Source of the DNA: Takakia lepidozioides
Lineage: Eukaryota; Plantae; Bryophyta
Assembly (NCBI GenBank): GCA_030704615.1
Contig: CM060731.1
Location: 55,118,001-55,182,000 of the forward strand
Reading direction: 5' to 3'
Length of the DNA stretch: 64,000 nt
This document shows, in pieces, positions 42,101 to 55,180 of the stretch (its first letter is position 1; every line of letters starts with the position of its first letter). The notes beneath the pieces are model-generated. The model saw nothing but the letters and a program-made list of their open reading frames with translations. It was not told the DNA's origin and did not search any database. Made by a program: the position numbers and the translations under genes.

Positions 42101-45100
42101 TGGTTCCGCCTCTGGTCTTGTGGGATCAAGGGAAAGATGTGGAGAGTTGTCCGCAACTTGTATGCTCACACCAAAAGCTGTGTCACTGTTAACGGACAGA
42201 AGTCCAACTTCTTTGACATAGACCAAGGTGTAGCTCAAGGATGTACTCTCTCCCCTCTGCTCTTCAATGTTTTCATCAATCAACTCCTCGAGGATGTGGA
42301 AAGTGAGGGATTTGGGTTAAGGGTGGGTGATACCACCATACCAGCCCTTATGTTTGCGGATGACTTCGCAGGCATAGGGGAGACTCCAACCAATCTCCAG
42401 GAGTTGATTGATTGCGCGAAGAGATACTTTGATCTTTGGGGGCTAGAGGCTAATGTCAGCAAATGTGCAGTGGTAGCATTCAACGACAGAGGAGAGGGAG
42501 GAAGTGATCATAAGTGGCAGTGGGGTAGCCAAGAGATCCCGGTCCTCCCTTCCTACACTTACCTGGGCATTGAGTTCTCCTCCAATTGTAATTGGGATGC
42601 ACATATCCGGAAAGTTGTTCAAACTGGCAAGGGTCTGGGGCTCACTAAATTTTCCACTGCAGAGGGGTCAACTCTGAGGTTAAGAAAACCATGCTTTGTC
42701 ACGTTATTAGACCTGCCTTGGAGTACGGATCTGCTATATGGGTTGATAACTCCAACCAGGCTAAGTCTCTAGAATCCATTCAAGTGGGGGTGCTTAAGGA
42801 GTGTATGTCAGCATGCTCCAAAACAGCCAATGTGGCTGTTCGGGGTGAGTTTGGCATTCCGTCCCTAAGCTCCCAAGGGCAGATGGTGGGGTCAGCTGCA
42901 ACATATGCCCAACACCAGATATTCTAAGTTAATCGACTCTATATCTTGGAAACAGGACCGCCCTGTCAAACAGGCTAAGTCCTGGCAGAAGAGAGTAGAA
43001 GAGATTCTCAAGGACCTGGACCTGGATCCGCAAGTCTTGACCCTGCTGGATAAATCTGACTTAGAGGCTGTAGTGTCCTCAGCCATGTCTGTTGCCATGA
43101 GATTGTCTGATGAAAATGAAGTTAGGCAGAAAACTTCCCTGAATTTGTTTCCAGTCTGTGACATGGGGGAGGACATCTTGGATGACCTCAAGGGTCTACC
43201 CACTCTCGGCACTAGACTGAAATTTAAACTCAGGGCAGGAAGCCTACCTTTGGACAGCAAACAGAAGCAGAGAGGAAAGGGAGAGTGCAATTGCCCGTTG
43301 TGTGGGCAATCTGAAGACAGTATTCATTTTCTGATACACTGTCCGGGGTTCTCTCACCAAAGAGACGCTCTCTTCAAATCTATCAAGGGAATTGTGCCTG
43401 TACCCCTGTTTACCAACTTTGAAAGTCTCGAGGCTGAGCCAAAAGCCCAGGCAGGTAAGTCTTACTACCAACGTCAGCCCCTGACAGAGGTAGGTTCTGT
43501 CCCTTTTGTTCCCGCTCAAACTGGGCGCGGGGTCAATGGCCACAAGGCTACGGCAAACAACGTCTTATGAGTACAATCTCTCTCACACTAGAGCAGGTAG
43601 CCCAGTGGTTGGGTGTTTGTGTTTTGCCTGTGCATAACCTAGGTGATCTAGGGTTCAAAGTGTCCACCTTCCAATGGAAGTACTCCTTTGGGATGTAGAG
43701 ACACTATAATGTACGTTTCCTTTGGAAGGAGTCACCTTTCTTTCTTTCTTTCTTTCTTTCTTTCTCTCTCGCTCTGCTATTGGGTGACTTCAATGCCCGG
43801 GTGGGCAAAGGGCTCCATCAGGACGATATTGGGCCTTTTGGTGAGGACGAGCTGAATTCTAATGGCAGACTGTTAATTAACTGTCTGGAAGAGCTTCAGC
43901 TTTTGACCTTGAATAACAGGACAAGAGGTGACCAAGTGCAGTGGATCGAGAGAAATCCCAAACTGGGGAACGTTCCATTGTGGACTATATCATAATGGAC
44001 AAAAATTTGTTTCCCCAGTGTGCCAATGTGTTGATCGACAGAACTGATATTGGTACCTCTGACCACTTCCTGGTTTGGACTGAGATCAAAAGGTGTTTTC
44101 CCAACACCAAGAGATCTGTGAAACGTTCGATTCGGAAGTGGCGCATAGAAAAATTCCATAATGAGGAGGTCAAGGCTGAGTACGTCCAGGCCTTGCAAGA
44201 GGCTCTCCCTCATTTTGTCCAATCGCTCCAAGAACTTCAGTCTCGCTCTGACAACGCAAGAAATGCAGTCGAAAGAGCAGTGGACTCTTGGGAGAGTTTC
44301 GTTTCCTCCGTGGCTGACAAGATCATTGGGAGGAAACTAATTGGCTGCGGTAGAGCTGTTAATTGGTGGACCAATGAGATCAAACTCAAGATAGCTGAGA
44401 GACGAGCCCTTTATAAAGAGTGCTGCAATTTGAAAACCAACAGAGAATTGTGGGCGAGGTACTACCAGCTCCGTAAAGATATCAATCAGCTTGTTAGGTC
44501 TCAGAAGAAATTATACTGGGACAAGTTATACAGTGAAATAAACTCAAACCACCATGGTGGTAATGACAAGAAATTCTGGTTGGCCCTTCAACGTTTGTAC
44601 AAGCCTAAAAACGGTCAGCAAGTACAAGCGCTGAAGACGTTTGTCTGGATTCACAGGACTCGTAATATTAACAGAGCCGGACCCCCAGGTGTATGATGAC
44701 TCTGAAATGGGTGTGGAGTTAGATCTGTGAAACAGGCATCAGCATGGCATAGCGACAATGTAACATAATATCTGCACAGAGAGGATGCATGATCAAGAAG
44801 AGTGTAGAACCAAGCTTACTGCAGGTTGTGCCGTATCAAATTGAAAAGAAAGAGCACCAAAGAAGACACAGGGCCACAAGAAGTGGAGTTCGTGAATGCC
44901 TGGTGCTTCCAAGCACACTTGCTGCCATCCTTTCTGTCATGTTCCACATGTTGTTGTCAGATGAGCCAAGATTCCATTGCAGAAAAAACACGAAGAGTAC
45001 CATGAAGTGGTTGTCTATAGATAATGATATGGGTCTTTTGCATTGAAAGAATAATTAGGTTGAGAGACAAGCTAGCTGGAACATCAGCACAATTTCAGAA

Positions 45101-48100
45101 GCAGCTACTCTAGGTGACAGGAACCCAGAAGAAATTACCTTGATCTGCAATGGTAAAGCTTCCTTATGGGGCTGCAAGGTGAAGGCACTCGAGGCATGTG
45201 TGGACCGGATGCGCATCCAGAAACCCTTTTGTACAAAAACTAGCCCAGCCTTGTCATCAGTCCCAACCTCCACGTACATTACTTTCTGTTCCCAGCACCA
45301 CTCATCATCCCAGCTGTCACTTTCCAGCAATGGCTCATGCTGCACCTGCAATAAGAAGAAAGCAAAGTCATTTATGTTATGAGATTTCATGCTCATACTT
45401 TGAGCATCAACTCTTATTATCCTTCACAGGTACCCACAATACACACCCTCCCCCTCACCACATTCCCAACGCATTATTTCTTCTCTCATCAATCATATTG
45501 CTTGATAATCTTCTGCTATCAAAAATGAGTTTTTGCAGGGACCCTAAACCCTTAACCATCACAAAAGCGGCTTATAACATTGGTTGTTAACCAGTCGCCA
45601 GACAGGGACTCACCTCCAGCTGATACTTCCCTGGGAGGACTTTCTCAAACAGAAACCCATTGCCCTCATTTATCAGGTTGGCCTCTTGTACTGTGGCGAC
45701 ACCCTTCTCCGTTGTACCAAGAGAACCGAAAGGAGCCAGTGTGATCTTCAGACGGGGAGAACAAAGACTTTTGCACTTAATCTCACCAGAGATGCTAACT
45801 TGAGCCTGGGACAAACACAGGTGTCAAGTACCTTCACATGTCGTCAAAGCATTGTCACGTTCAGGGTCAGAATTAGCTACAGCTAGAGGAGAGAGCCGAG
45901 GCAATCTTGGAGTACAGCATGTTTAAGAACCGCATATGACAGTGCAGTCAATCACCAACAGGAAATTTTCTGCCTACTGCAATCTGATGGACAACTCACC
46001 TGCGTGAAAATAGTATTGAGGAAGGGGCCCACTACACTGATGTCCATATGTGGAGGAGAGAGGAGCAACCCAACTGCATTTTCTGCAGGTGTGGTCAAAG
46101 GCGAGACTCGATACTCCCCTGGTGGCACCTGTAATATTACTAAGTATCAACAAAGGTGGTAACCTCATTCTCATTCATCTGGCAAGGCAGGAAAGGGTGA
46201 GGATCGGAGCCACAGAGCATGCAAACAGACAGACCATGGCGAGATAGGAAGAAAGTTATGACTTTCACAAGAGGCCCAGAAGGAGAGAAAGCAATAAGAA
46301 ACTTTGTAACGTCCACGGAAGGACGCAGAGGTGTCGACAGAGGGAGAGACAGAGATTCTTGCAATAAGAAAAAGGCAAAATATATTTGTTAACAGTTCCT
46401 TGCAAACTGCACATATGATGTATTCTTGACAGCTGAGTCCCTGTTGAATATTGACCATAATAAAACCAGTATATGGTTTCAGCCCACCCAGCTATTGATG
46501 TTACATTCGAAATTGCACATGGCAAAACAATCAGATAACAGGGAAGTATTGATTTAAGGCTGGCAACATAGAAAAGCATTCCAAAGTTGGAGAGGAGTTT
46601 GAAAATAAGTATAGAGAGAAACTCTACCAGTCCACAAAGGACCCCAAGGGTCCATAGGACGACAGCCTAAACATGCCTCCCTGAGTCCTTCTCAAATTTT
46701 AACATACCTCGAGTCCATCTCTTTAAGTTCTTCTCCCAAGAACAAATTAATGGATACAATGGCTTTATCTCACCCTCAGTCTTGATCCGCAACCAAATTC
46801 ACTCCCACATAAACCAACCACGATAGTGCTTTCACTCAAAGGAGAGGCTACCCAACTTGCCTCTAAGCAGAAAGAGCCATGCTCATCTGTGCGAGTTGTC
46901 TGAGGCTTCACACTTGCAGGGCCATGCGTGACTGCTACCTGCCGCTGCAGAAATCAACAAGTTTACTTACACATCTATGACTTGACTTTCACACTCAGAA
47001 ATATGGAGAAACAAGCCTAGAACAGCCAAAGCTGTCATTCCAAAAAAAAAATCAATATTGTCTGAACAACATCAATCGCCAGTTGCCAACCTTGCCAGCA
47101 TAAGCTGGTGTTAGAACTTCGATGGATCCACAGAGTTCATAGTGGGTCACTTTGATCTCTGGAATTGATGCCATGTTTGGTAATACCTGTACCCATACAA
47201 GCTCAACAACTCAATCAGGGAAAATCAGGCCTCGACGTTAGGAATTCACTGCTACAAGACAACCAATGAAACTTGATGACAACTGCACAGAGTGAGAATA
47301 TGAAACTTCTACTTACAGTTGAAACTATGTCTTTTGGTCTAAATGATTAGGAATACTCCCAACAGATGATAATGCCAAACCTAATCAATGTTTAGAAATA
47401 TCAAAATCATTGTGTAGGCATTTCTTCATTCAGGGCCAGTGTCAGAGGGAGAGAAAAGGTGATAAAGCAATACCACACATATATCCTAATACATGAGCAG
47501 CTTTGATAGATTCTGTTGCAAAAACAATGCACATCAAGCCACAACCATGAATGGTTTTTGGGATACAACCACCCACCATGAAATTCTCAAGAGAGCTGAA
47601 AGTGTAGTGTTTTTTCTTTGCTTTGATTGTGTAGTGTGTTGACGTCACCTGCTCCAATATATCCAGTGAGTAACCAGAAAGCAGATTACATCTCTAGCCC
47701 AGTCACAACCTTTCTAAGTCAGAAAGGCAAACTTTAGCCCTTACTCTGCAGTTGTTCACAGGGAGAACCGGATAATACATGCAAAGAAACTGCTCTTCAA
47801 TGAAGTGCCTTTGATGTTTACATCTCATATCTAGTTCATTGAGAAACAAGCTCCACGCATTGTAAGGACAAATTCCATTCAACAAAAAGGGGAACCCCCA
47901 TCAGGGTGACCTCAACCAGCCCAACCCGCACAAAGCACCAAAAACATGAAAATCTGAGCAAGAGGGCCAAAGTTATAACCTGGTCAAGCTTGTAGTAACC
48001 ACAAGAATCTGTAGTTGCTCGGTCTACATCATCAATAACAATCTTTACATTCTCAATACCACCGCCCTCGTGATTCACTACTCGGCCTCCAACTGAGAAC

Positions 48101-51100
48101 CCTGTCACCTGCCAGACAAAAATCTTAATCTTGGATTTGCTGCAAGGAAGACATTGCAGCTGGGAAGAACAGGGAGAACAATGTGGATTTACAAAGCAAA
48201 GAGAGGGACTGAGCACAGACGGAGAGATTGTCTTTCATATGACCAGCACACTGCTAATCACCTGACCATGCATACAGCTATGTAAAGCAATTCCATCTGC
48301 TGTTTAAAGGGCGAGTGCATTGGTCGTATGTGTTTACTCATTAAAGAGGAAGACCCCTGTGATGGTTTTGAAGCTAGGAAGTTCTAATCCTACCAGGTTA
48401 CCAAATGCAAGAGTGCGCTTTCTCAGAAGTAATTTTGTTAGAAGTTGAGAATCCTACAAGATAAATGCAGAAAAAACAATTTGGTGATAATGTTGATAGC
48501 ACAGTGGAACCTGGAATGGTTTTGCAATTTTGATAGAGTCCTGGCCCACTGACAACTCAACAGACGCAGGCGAGACATCAAACAGTGTGTTTTCTCCACG
48601 ATAGTATGGCAGTACAGTATATTGTCCTGCATACCAACAGTCAAATTATCATAAGCTTTAGCTCTCACCCAAGGGCACCCCCTGCTCAGTGTTCATAGGG
48701 TCTTCCGTTTCATTACCACATGGAAGAGTTGAAAAAATGAACTTTCCATCTGCATCAGAAAGGACGTGGCAGAGTGCTAGCTTTGGCAAAGGAAAAAAGC
48801 TCCCGGGCCCTTGTGGGCACAACACCTCGGCGACGTCATCAGAGTACAGAAACACTTGGACTCCTAAAACAGGGTTTCCCTGCACCAACCCCCATCTTAG
48901 AAGAACAGTGTGATGAAGTAGCTACAATCTTCCCAAATAAACTTGACCGCCCACCTGGATACAAAAGAGAATGTTAGGTGACAGCAGTTTGCAAGGATAG
49001 CACTTAGGACGCACACAATTAAAAAGACATCATATCCCAGAAGTCAAGCCACTATTCAACCCAACTGTTCAACTATTCCCCATTAAATGCTCGTGCAATA
49101 ATTACACTAGGATTTGTGTTAGACATGGCCCTGTCATGGTGAGATCCTAAAACACTGCAGCTGTAGCAAAGCCCACCAGAAAAGGAACACTCCCCAGTCT
49201 GCTTTCTCCCAACTGGGCACCTGTTTCTTCACTACGTTTGGGAAAAACATTTTTCAGCACTGCTGGCCTGGACCCTCATCACACAAGGGAGGAGGATCCC
49301 CCATCGGTTTTTCAAAAGAAAAGACATTGCTCGCTTGGGATGTCCTTTGCTTGCTACATGTACAGATAGTTTTAGGTGTAATTTCGGGTCCTTCTAAGCC
49401 TGGAAGGATACTATCACTTCCTTTTGCCTATTGGGCAGGCATCAATAAGGATGTCGAAAGATTTAGCTTTTAACGATCAGGAGGCCTTGTTTTATGACTT
49501 CTACAAGGCCTGGACTCATGAAGAGCTTTTTGTGTAGGAGTGACTACGGTCAGCTTCTTTGGAAGTGATTCTCCAAGTATTTGACCTCTGAGTGCGTTGG
49601 AGGGGCAGATGCCCTCCCTTTCCTGTGGCATTGATAGTTTCTGTCCAAAAAATGAAAAGAAAAGAACTGAAAAGAGGCTTTCCAATCAAGAGTGGAGCTG
49701 CATATGGATCTACCCACTCCTCATGTCCAAGTGGGTGAAAATGCCATCCAAGGTGCAGATTCCCCCTACAAGAAATAGCTGGCTCCTCTACTACTGACTT
49801 CCATGAGCATAAGCACTAGCTTACAAGAAGTGTACAAAGAACATTGATATTGCTCACCGACCTGTGATACGACAGAACCTTCAACATTATAGCCTGCAAT
49901 GAAGAAGATATCATCAATGTCTCCATTGCCCCACCCGAATTCCACCTGCACAGTAATCCAGTGCTGAATTAGCATCCAGATAAAATAATAATAGAATTGA
50001 AAGTGAGACACCAGAAAGGTTGAATCACTCTTTATTTAATTGTGCAGTGGTTTTCATACAAGGGCTCAAAACCTTCATCCAATCAATGTAAGTAAAACTA
50101 GCTGAATACCTCATCCCTGCATTTCAGGGCCTTCAAACGGTATATTTGAGACTATCTAATTGTGCAGAAATGACAAAACCTACCGCTTGGCAGTATTGAG
50201 TATATGTCCTCATACGTGAAGGAACATTCCTGGATTAGAGGAGCATGACAAACATACAGCTGAGTTGCAGTGAATGTACTAGCGTAGGTGTGTGACCCTG
50301 AAATGCTCAGTGTACAGCACTCATACTTAGAGTAAAAACACAAATTGGTTCCAAAACCAACCTCTGAAGAGCCTTTTGACTCCACCTTCCAAGTGGAATG
50401 AGAAGCATCGACCTTGTACTTTCCTGCAGTGTCCATCGAAACAGCTCAACCAAGCTGAGGGAGGACTCGAGCAACAGTTAGACCCCGAGTAAGAATGTCT
50501 TCGGCAATGCTCGTATAGAAATTAGGGCTTGGATTGAGAGGGCACTTGACCTCAACATTGTGCCCAATTCTTGAGACTCAAGGCTTCAATGTAGCGACTT
50601 TGGCCAACATCACTGCTAGCTGAGGTGGATGGAATGATGAATCTCCAATAGAGACAAAAACTGGCATTGCACCCAATGTCACAAGAGTTTGCAATCAACG
50701 GACTATCCCTTGAAAGAATGCAATCATAAGACTTGTGGCCCTAGCCTTGTGGCCATAGGACCCTACGCCCAGCTTGGACAGAAACATAGGGAATAGGAAC
50801 TACCGTTGTGAGGGGCTCACTCCAGTAGTGTGACTTACCTTGGTATAAACAATTAGTTCGGGCTTTCCACAAGCATCAATCTCCTGTTTGTGAGTAGCCC
50901 ACCCCAACAGGGCCAGGGCTTTAGGCTCAGCCTTGAGATTTTGAAAGTAAGTGAACAGAGGTGCAGGAACCATGTTCTTCAAGTTCCTGAAGAGGGACAC
51001 TGTGGTGAGAATAACCCAGACTATCCCTTGAAAGAGAAAAGAAAAAACATTGGTTGACCCTAGTTACCTGGAAGGAGATTCACAAACTTGTAGCTCCCTC

Positions 51101-53360
51101 CAGGTGATGTTGTTATAGAGGCAATGGCCTCACAGGAACTATCATGATCATCTGTCGGGTACAGTGATACTTTGACCCCAGTTGGTCCTTCCCCACTTCG
51201 ACAACTTTGGCCTCCAATACGTCCTAGTATCCTCCCCGAGAGAGTAAACCTACATAATTGCCTTATGTCAGGGTAGACAAGGAAACACCACACTTGGCAT
51301 TGCTGCATAGCCATACACATCTCATGACTTCCTCTCTGCCTAATGGCATGCTCTGCTGGACGACAAATAACAACTCAAAAACTGCACAGGATAGTTAAGA
51401 ATCAGTACCCTGTGTAGCGAAAGTTGATGTCATCATTGCCATTGCAGCCATTTTGATCAACGACTACTTTTACCTGCATTGCAAGCTCAATAATCATATT
51501 CTTCGTATGAGAGAAAGCCCCCAAGACTTGACTGTCCTGCAAATCAGAACTAACTAAAGAACTGCTATAAGAGATGATTGACAATGAAGTTTATCGAAAG
51601 ACCAAAACAAAATTAGAACCACGAGAGGGTTCTGTCAAACATTTATGTTGAGGAGAAAAGCTGGGTGGGCCAATTCCACCCATCACATGACTGAGTAATG
51701 AGTCCAAGAAGAAGTGGCGACAGCACATCTGAATTCGATCATGCATGCCTGATCAAAGGTCTGGTAGACTCCACATGAGTGCAATGAATAAAGGCAAACT
51801 AGGGAGGGACATTCTTATCTCAGGAAGCCAAGCCAACAAGTCAACATGCATTAGTATCCCCCTTTCCCTCTTAGACTGAAAAACTAGAAGGTAGATCATA
51901 GACCTCCTTCGGATCGAAGGACCACCCATTTGGACCCCTTATTTTCACCGTGAATGTGCCCTGCGAGTCCACAGTTAAACAACACATACGAGAGTGAGAA
52001 CTAACTGGAGCATGAAATTGTAACACCAGAAGCTTCAATTGCACCAGTAGTCATTGGAGATTCTGGGTAGCACCACAGAAGAAGCCTTACTAAAGAGCAC
52101 AGAATAACCTGCATTATGAACCCTCTCTGTAGCCAAAATCATCGCTGCTTTAAGGCTGATTTGCCAAGGATTCTCAAATACAAACAGAAAGAAAAAAAAA
52201 ACAGACAAGAAGCTGTTCAACCTCATTCACAGGTTTGGAAGAACAGAAGTCACATATATAACGCCAGACAGACTGAAGCACGTCATCAAAAGAGGGGGAA
52301 GAACATGTGATATGCAAGTAGCTGGATACCTGGTCATACACAGGCACAAAGTAGTAGCCATTCGGAGCACACTGTGTGCTATCTTTCACCAATCCATCAA
52401 GTGTATGGAATTCTACCTGGATTATTCAGCACATAGATCAAAGCTATTAACTGTTTCCGCTGGTAAAAAGACACATGAAACAGAACATGACCATAGGTCA
52501 TCCACAGATTGATAATCACACCCCTGCCTTAGAGCCCATGCTACCTGGCCTTGAGAACCAAGCACCTGCTGATTGGATGATAAGTAAAGCAGACATGTAG
52601 GGCCCACAAAAGCAATGAAAAAGGTAACACAAGCGTACACTGATATGGGAATAATCAAGCTTCGGGTCCGAAACCTTCCTCAACTTTGCCAGCGTTGCAC
52701 TTGCCTGCCAATAATCCATAACCACGGGTCAAGACGGTAATCACACACACGAGGACCCTGCAGACGGTTGGTTTCACACAATTCTCTCTAGTACAAGGGG
52801 TTGTTAATGTCGTCCTCTGGTGAATATGACAAATTAGAAGAACTACCTTGGCTAGTGCAAAGTGGAAAAACCTTGATGCTGGATTTTTGCTTCATGATGG
52901 TGAAATGCTGGTGATATGGAGAAAGGTTTAGTTTTGGCTTTGCTATTACTGGGTGCCCCGAAAACCATCGGAGATAGCTGTCTCACAGCCATATGCTTGT
53001 TGCCCACTCTTCAGGTTCAGAATAAGATTCCTTGCCTCTATGTCAATGGCCCTAACATTGCTCATTTTGTCAATTTTTCTGATTTGTTGTAAACAGTCAC
53101 AGCAATCTAAACAACACCATCCAGGCACTCACACAGAGCTTGTTTCCAACGGACAGCCAGATCCAGGCGAAAAGGGATAGAACGATCAAGTGAAGAAAAC
53201 AGGGTGCTTGATCACAGAGATGGGACACATTCGAAGGGAGTCATTGGACAGGGAGACCCACCTCCACAAAGCCCCCGCAGCCTACAATGGAGTCCGCCAA
53301 AACTAAGTGCAAGGACGCGGCAAGAAAGGACGCCAATAGCAGGGCGCCCCTGGAATCCAT
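36160..53360 (-). CDS. NOMO1: Nodal modulator (NOMO)-like ER membrane protein, many exons
   Basis: Signal peptide MDSRGALLLASFLAASLHLVLADSIVGCGGFVE; VKDSTQCAPNGYYFVPVYD; GCNGNDDINFRYTG; GYNVEGSVVSQGNPVLGV; TGFSVGGRVV; WCWEQK; YMAGPLYDE; FSNLFPGSFYLRPLLK; YEETVTDAEGKYRLRG; C-terminal transmembrane segment and basic tail ..IRTRRTF* (stop at 36160-36162). Confidence 0.92.
36618..36708 (-). mobile_element. tRNA-derived SINE head in the last NOMO intron
   Basis: Minus strand has A box TAGCCCAGTGG and B box GGTTCAATCC; second copy at 43592-43660. Confidence 0.7.
42006..43576 (+). mobile_element. 5'-truncated LINE (RT plus C-terminal CCHC) in a NOMO intron, antisense to the gene
   Basis: FLDVKKAYD, GVAQGCTLSPLLF, MFADD, YLGIEF, CPLCGQSEDSIHFLIHCP. 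Flanked by a perfect 15-bp TSD TCTCTCTCACACTAG (41991-42005 and 43577-43591). Confidence 0.92.
43592..43660 (+). mobile_element. tRNA-derived SINE head, second copy
   Basis: agcaggtagcccagtggttgggtgtttgtg..gcataacctaggtgatctagggttcaa, matching 36618-36708 in reverse. Confidence 0.65.
43737..43770. repeat. (TTTC)n/(TC)n microsatellite
   Basis: Direct reading. Confidence 0.85.
43778..44645 (+). mobile_element. LINE fragment: APE endonuclease C-half and linker
   Basis: GDFNARVG, SIVDYII, SDHFLVW, NWWTNEIK, KKFW motifs; frameshift near 43960. Confidence 0.88.
50718..51018 (-). mobile_element. Short 5'-truncated copy of the same LINE family
   Basis: Homologous to ~43345-43576 (AEPKA; atggccacaaggcta; tcttatga). 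Flanked by a 17-bp TSD GACTATCCCTTGAAAGA (50701-50717, 51019-51035). Confidence 0.88.
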
Positions 53361-54099
53361 AGCTTCACCTCCCGCACCCTGAAGCATCGCTGTGGCAGGC
53401 CTTTGTAGTACGCTGCTCTTGCGAAAGTTTGAGGGCCCCGCCTTTGAGGGCCCCTGGGAACCATTCCAAATATGTTCTTTTACACTGACGGAGATTCTTG
53501 TTCCTTGCGGTGAAAATCTTACCCGCGAAAGTGGGTAATCTAAGAATCTAAGAATCTAGGCATCTAATTGTTCCCTTCTCCTCCCTTTTTGTTCGCTATC
53601 CTCGTGCTAGTAGGATTGGGAATGCTTACTACCCACCTCTATGTCAAATGGAGAGTCGACTTCTATTTCCATCCCTTTTCCTTCTACTCAATGCTCTATG
53701 TGGAGCTGCTGTCCTATTTGGGCTACTCTGCCTTTGGAATATATGGAAGGCTAGATGTTTTTGGTTCTTTGATGGATCGTTTCCAAGTGCTAGAGTAATT
53801 TTATACAGAGCTCACTCAGACATGTTGCAAGAGATAGCAGCATAAGGGACCGGTTTACCCGGTTTAGGTTCTAACCCACCTAGCAAGGGTTCCCCATGAT
53901 CAATAGAAGGGGAAGGCCCGGAGTGTTTTTCATAGAAGCACCGGAAGAATGAGACAACAACCAGTTGACGGCTCCTTCAAAAGTGGTTTATTCTGTGCCA
54001 ACACCTCTGAGCTCTGAGTTACATGAAACAACTTCCTCTCCCCAACTGCTATTAGAATATCCCTAACGGACGATGATGGACCCAAGGTCAATTGGCGAC

Positions 54100-55180
54100 A
54101 CTAGCGTAGTCTTAGAAAAGGCAGAGCGAAGGTCCATTTCTTAACGTTCAGGAATATGCCCCCTTTCCATGGCGATCATCGAGGCATTTACCTGCCATGC
54201 CATTCGTGTGAATTGAGAAGGATTAATATTGAGCATGTGGAGGCAGTCATGAGTTTCAGAGACTTCTTCTTTGATAATTGTTCAAACATGAACGCTCTGT
54301 TCTTGTTGGGTTGCTTCCTGATATAGAACCGATAGATCACCCCATCTGTAATGATCAAATAGGTCTCATCCTATATATCTGCATTTGCAGCAGCTCTTTC
54401 GGACCAATCCTCTTTCCACTTGTTAGTATCATCCTTGAAAGCGTCCAGCTCTACCTTAAGTCTGCTAGTAGATGCAAGACATCATTCTGCCCCATCTTAG
54501 CAATGTCACCGAGTGTTGGCTCCGATTCTGCTCTTAATTCCCACCTCAACGTCACCCCGCAGCCACAGCCTGCCCTAGAAGCTTCCTGGCCCAGACCATA
54601 TCCAACGGTATCCATCAATCGCCCGGTATTTATCAAGCTCACGGTCCGGCCCAGAAAGCTTCTAGGGCAGGTTGTTCCTACGAGGTGTATGTTAGGTTTA
54701 GGAACAGAACCGGAGCCCACATTGGGTGGCATTGCTAAGATAGTGCAGAATGATGGTTTGGCTCTACTAGCACAACTCAAGGTGAAGCTGGACCCTTTCA
54801 AGGATGATAATAACAAGTGGAGAGTGAAATGGTCTGATAGAGCTGTTGCAGATGCAAATATATGGGTTGGGACCTATTTGATCATTACGGCTGGGGAGGT
54901 CTATCAATTATGTGCCAACAAGAACAAGTCATCTTCGTTCAATGTTTTCAAACAATTCTGAAGAAGACGCTCCTTTCTTAGTTCAAGTTCAATGGTTCAG
55001 CTGTCCAAGGCTTCAACACCGCACTCGTTGTAGAGCTTCCATAACTGCCTCCCATATGCTCAATATGATGGCAGATCATGCCTCGATGACCACAATGGAA
55101 ATGAGGCATATTCAGGAGCACATTACAAGGGTATTGGAGATAGCAATGGGACATTGTGTTGATCTTCTACAACGATGCCC
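54100..55180. repeat. Long imperfect inverted repeat of an unidentified coding-like sequence
   Basis: Arms ~54100-54590 and ~54646-55180 with a ~55-bp spacer. Matching blocks include cctgccctagaagctt/aagcttctagggcagg, tcatccttgaaag/ctttcaaggatga, gtaatgatcaaataggtc/gacctatttgatcattac, atattgagcat/atgctcaatat, tcatcgaggcat/atgcctcgatga. Confidence 0.9.

Noticed and set aside
49300-49760. Possible repeat remnant in a NOMO intron
   Set aside because: No recognisable motif, TSD or second copy in the window.
53420-53535. Duplicated tttgagggcccc and an E2F-like cccgcgaaa motif upstream of NOMO
   Set aside because: Short motifs that are plausible promoter elements but cannot be distinguished from chance without functional or conservation data.
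54278-54961. 227-aa ORF as a real gene
   Set aside because: Its first half is the antisense of the left repeat arm; only the second half is in the coding-like orientation, and there is no clear start codon.
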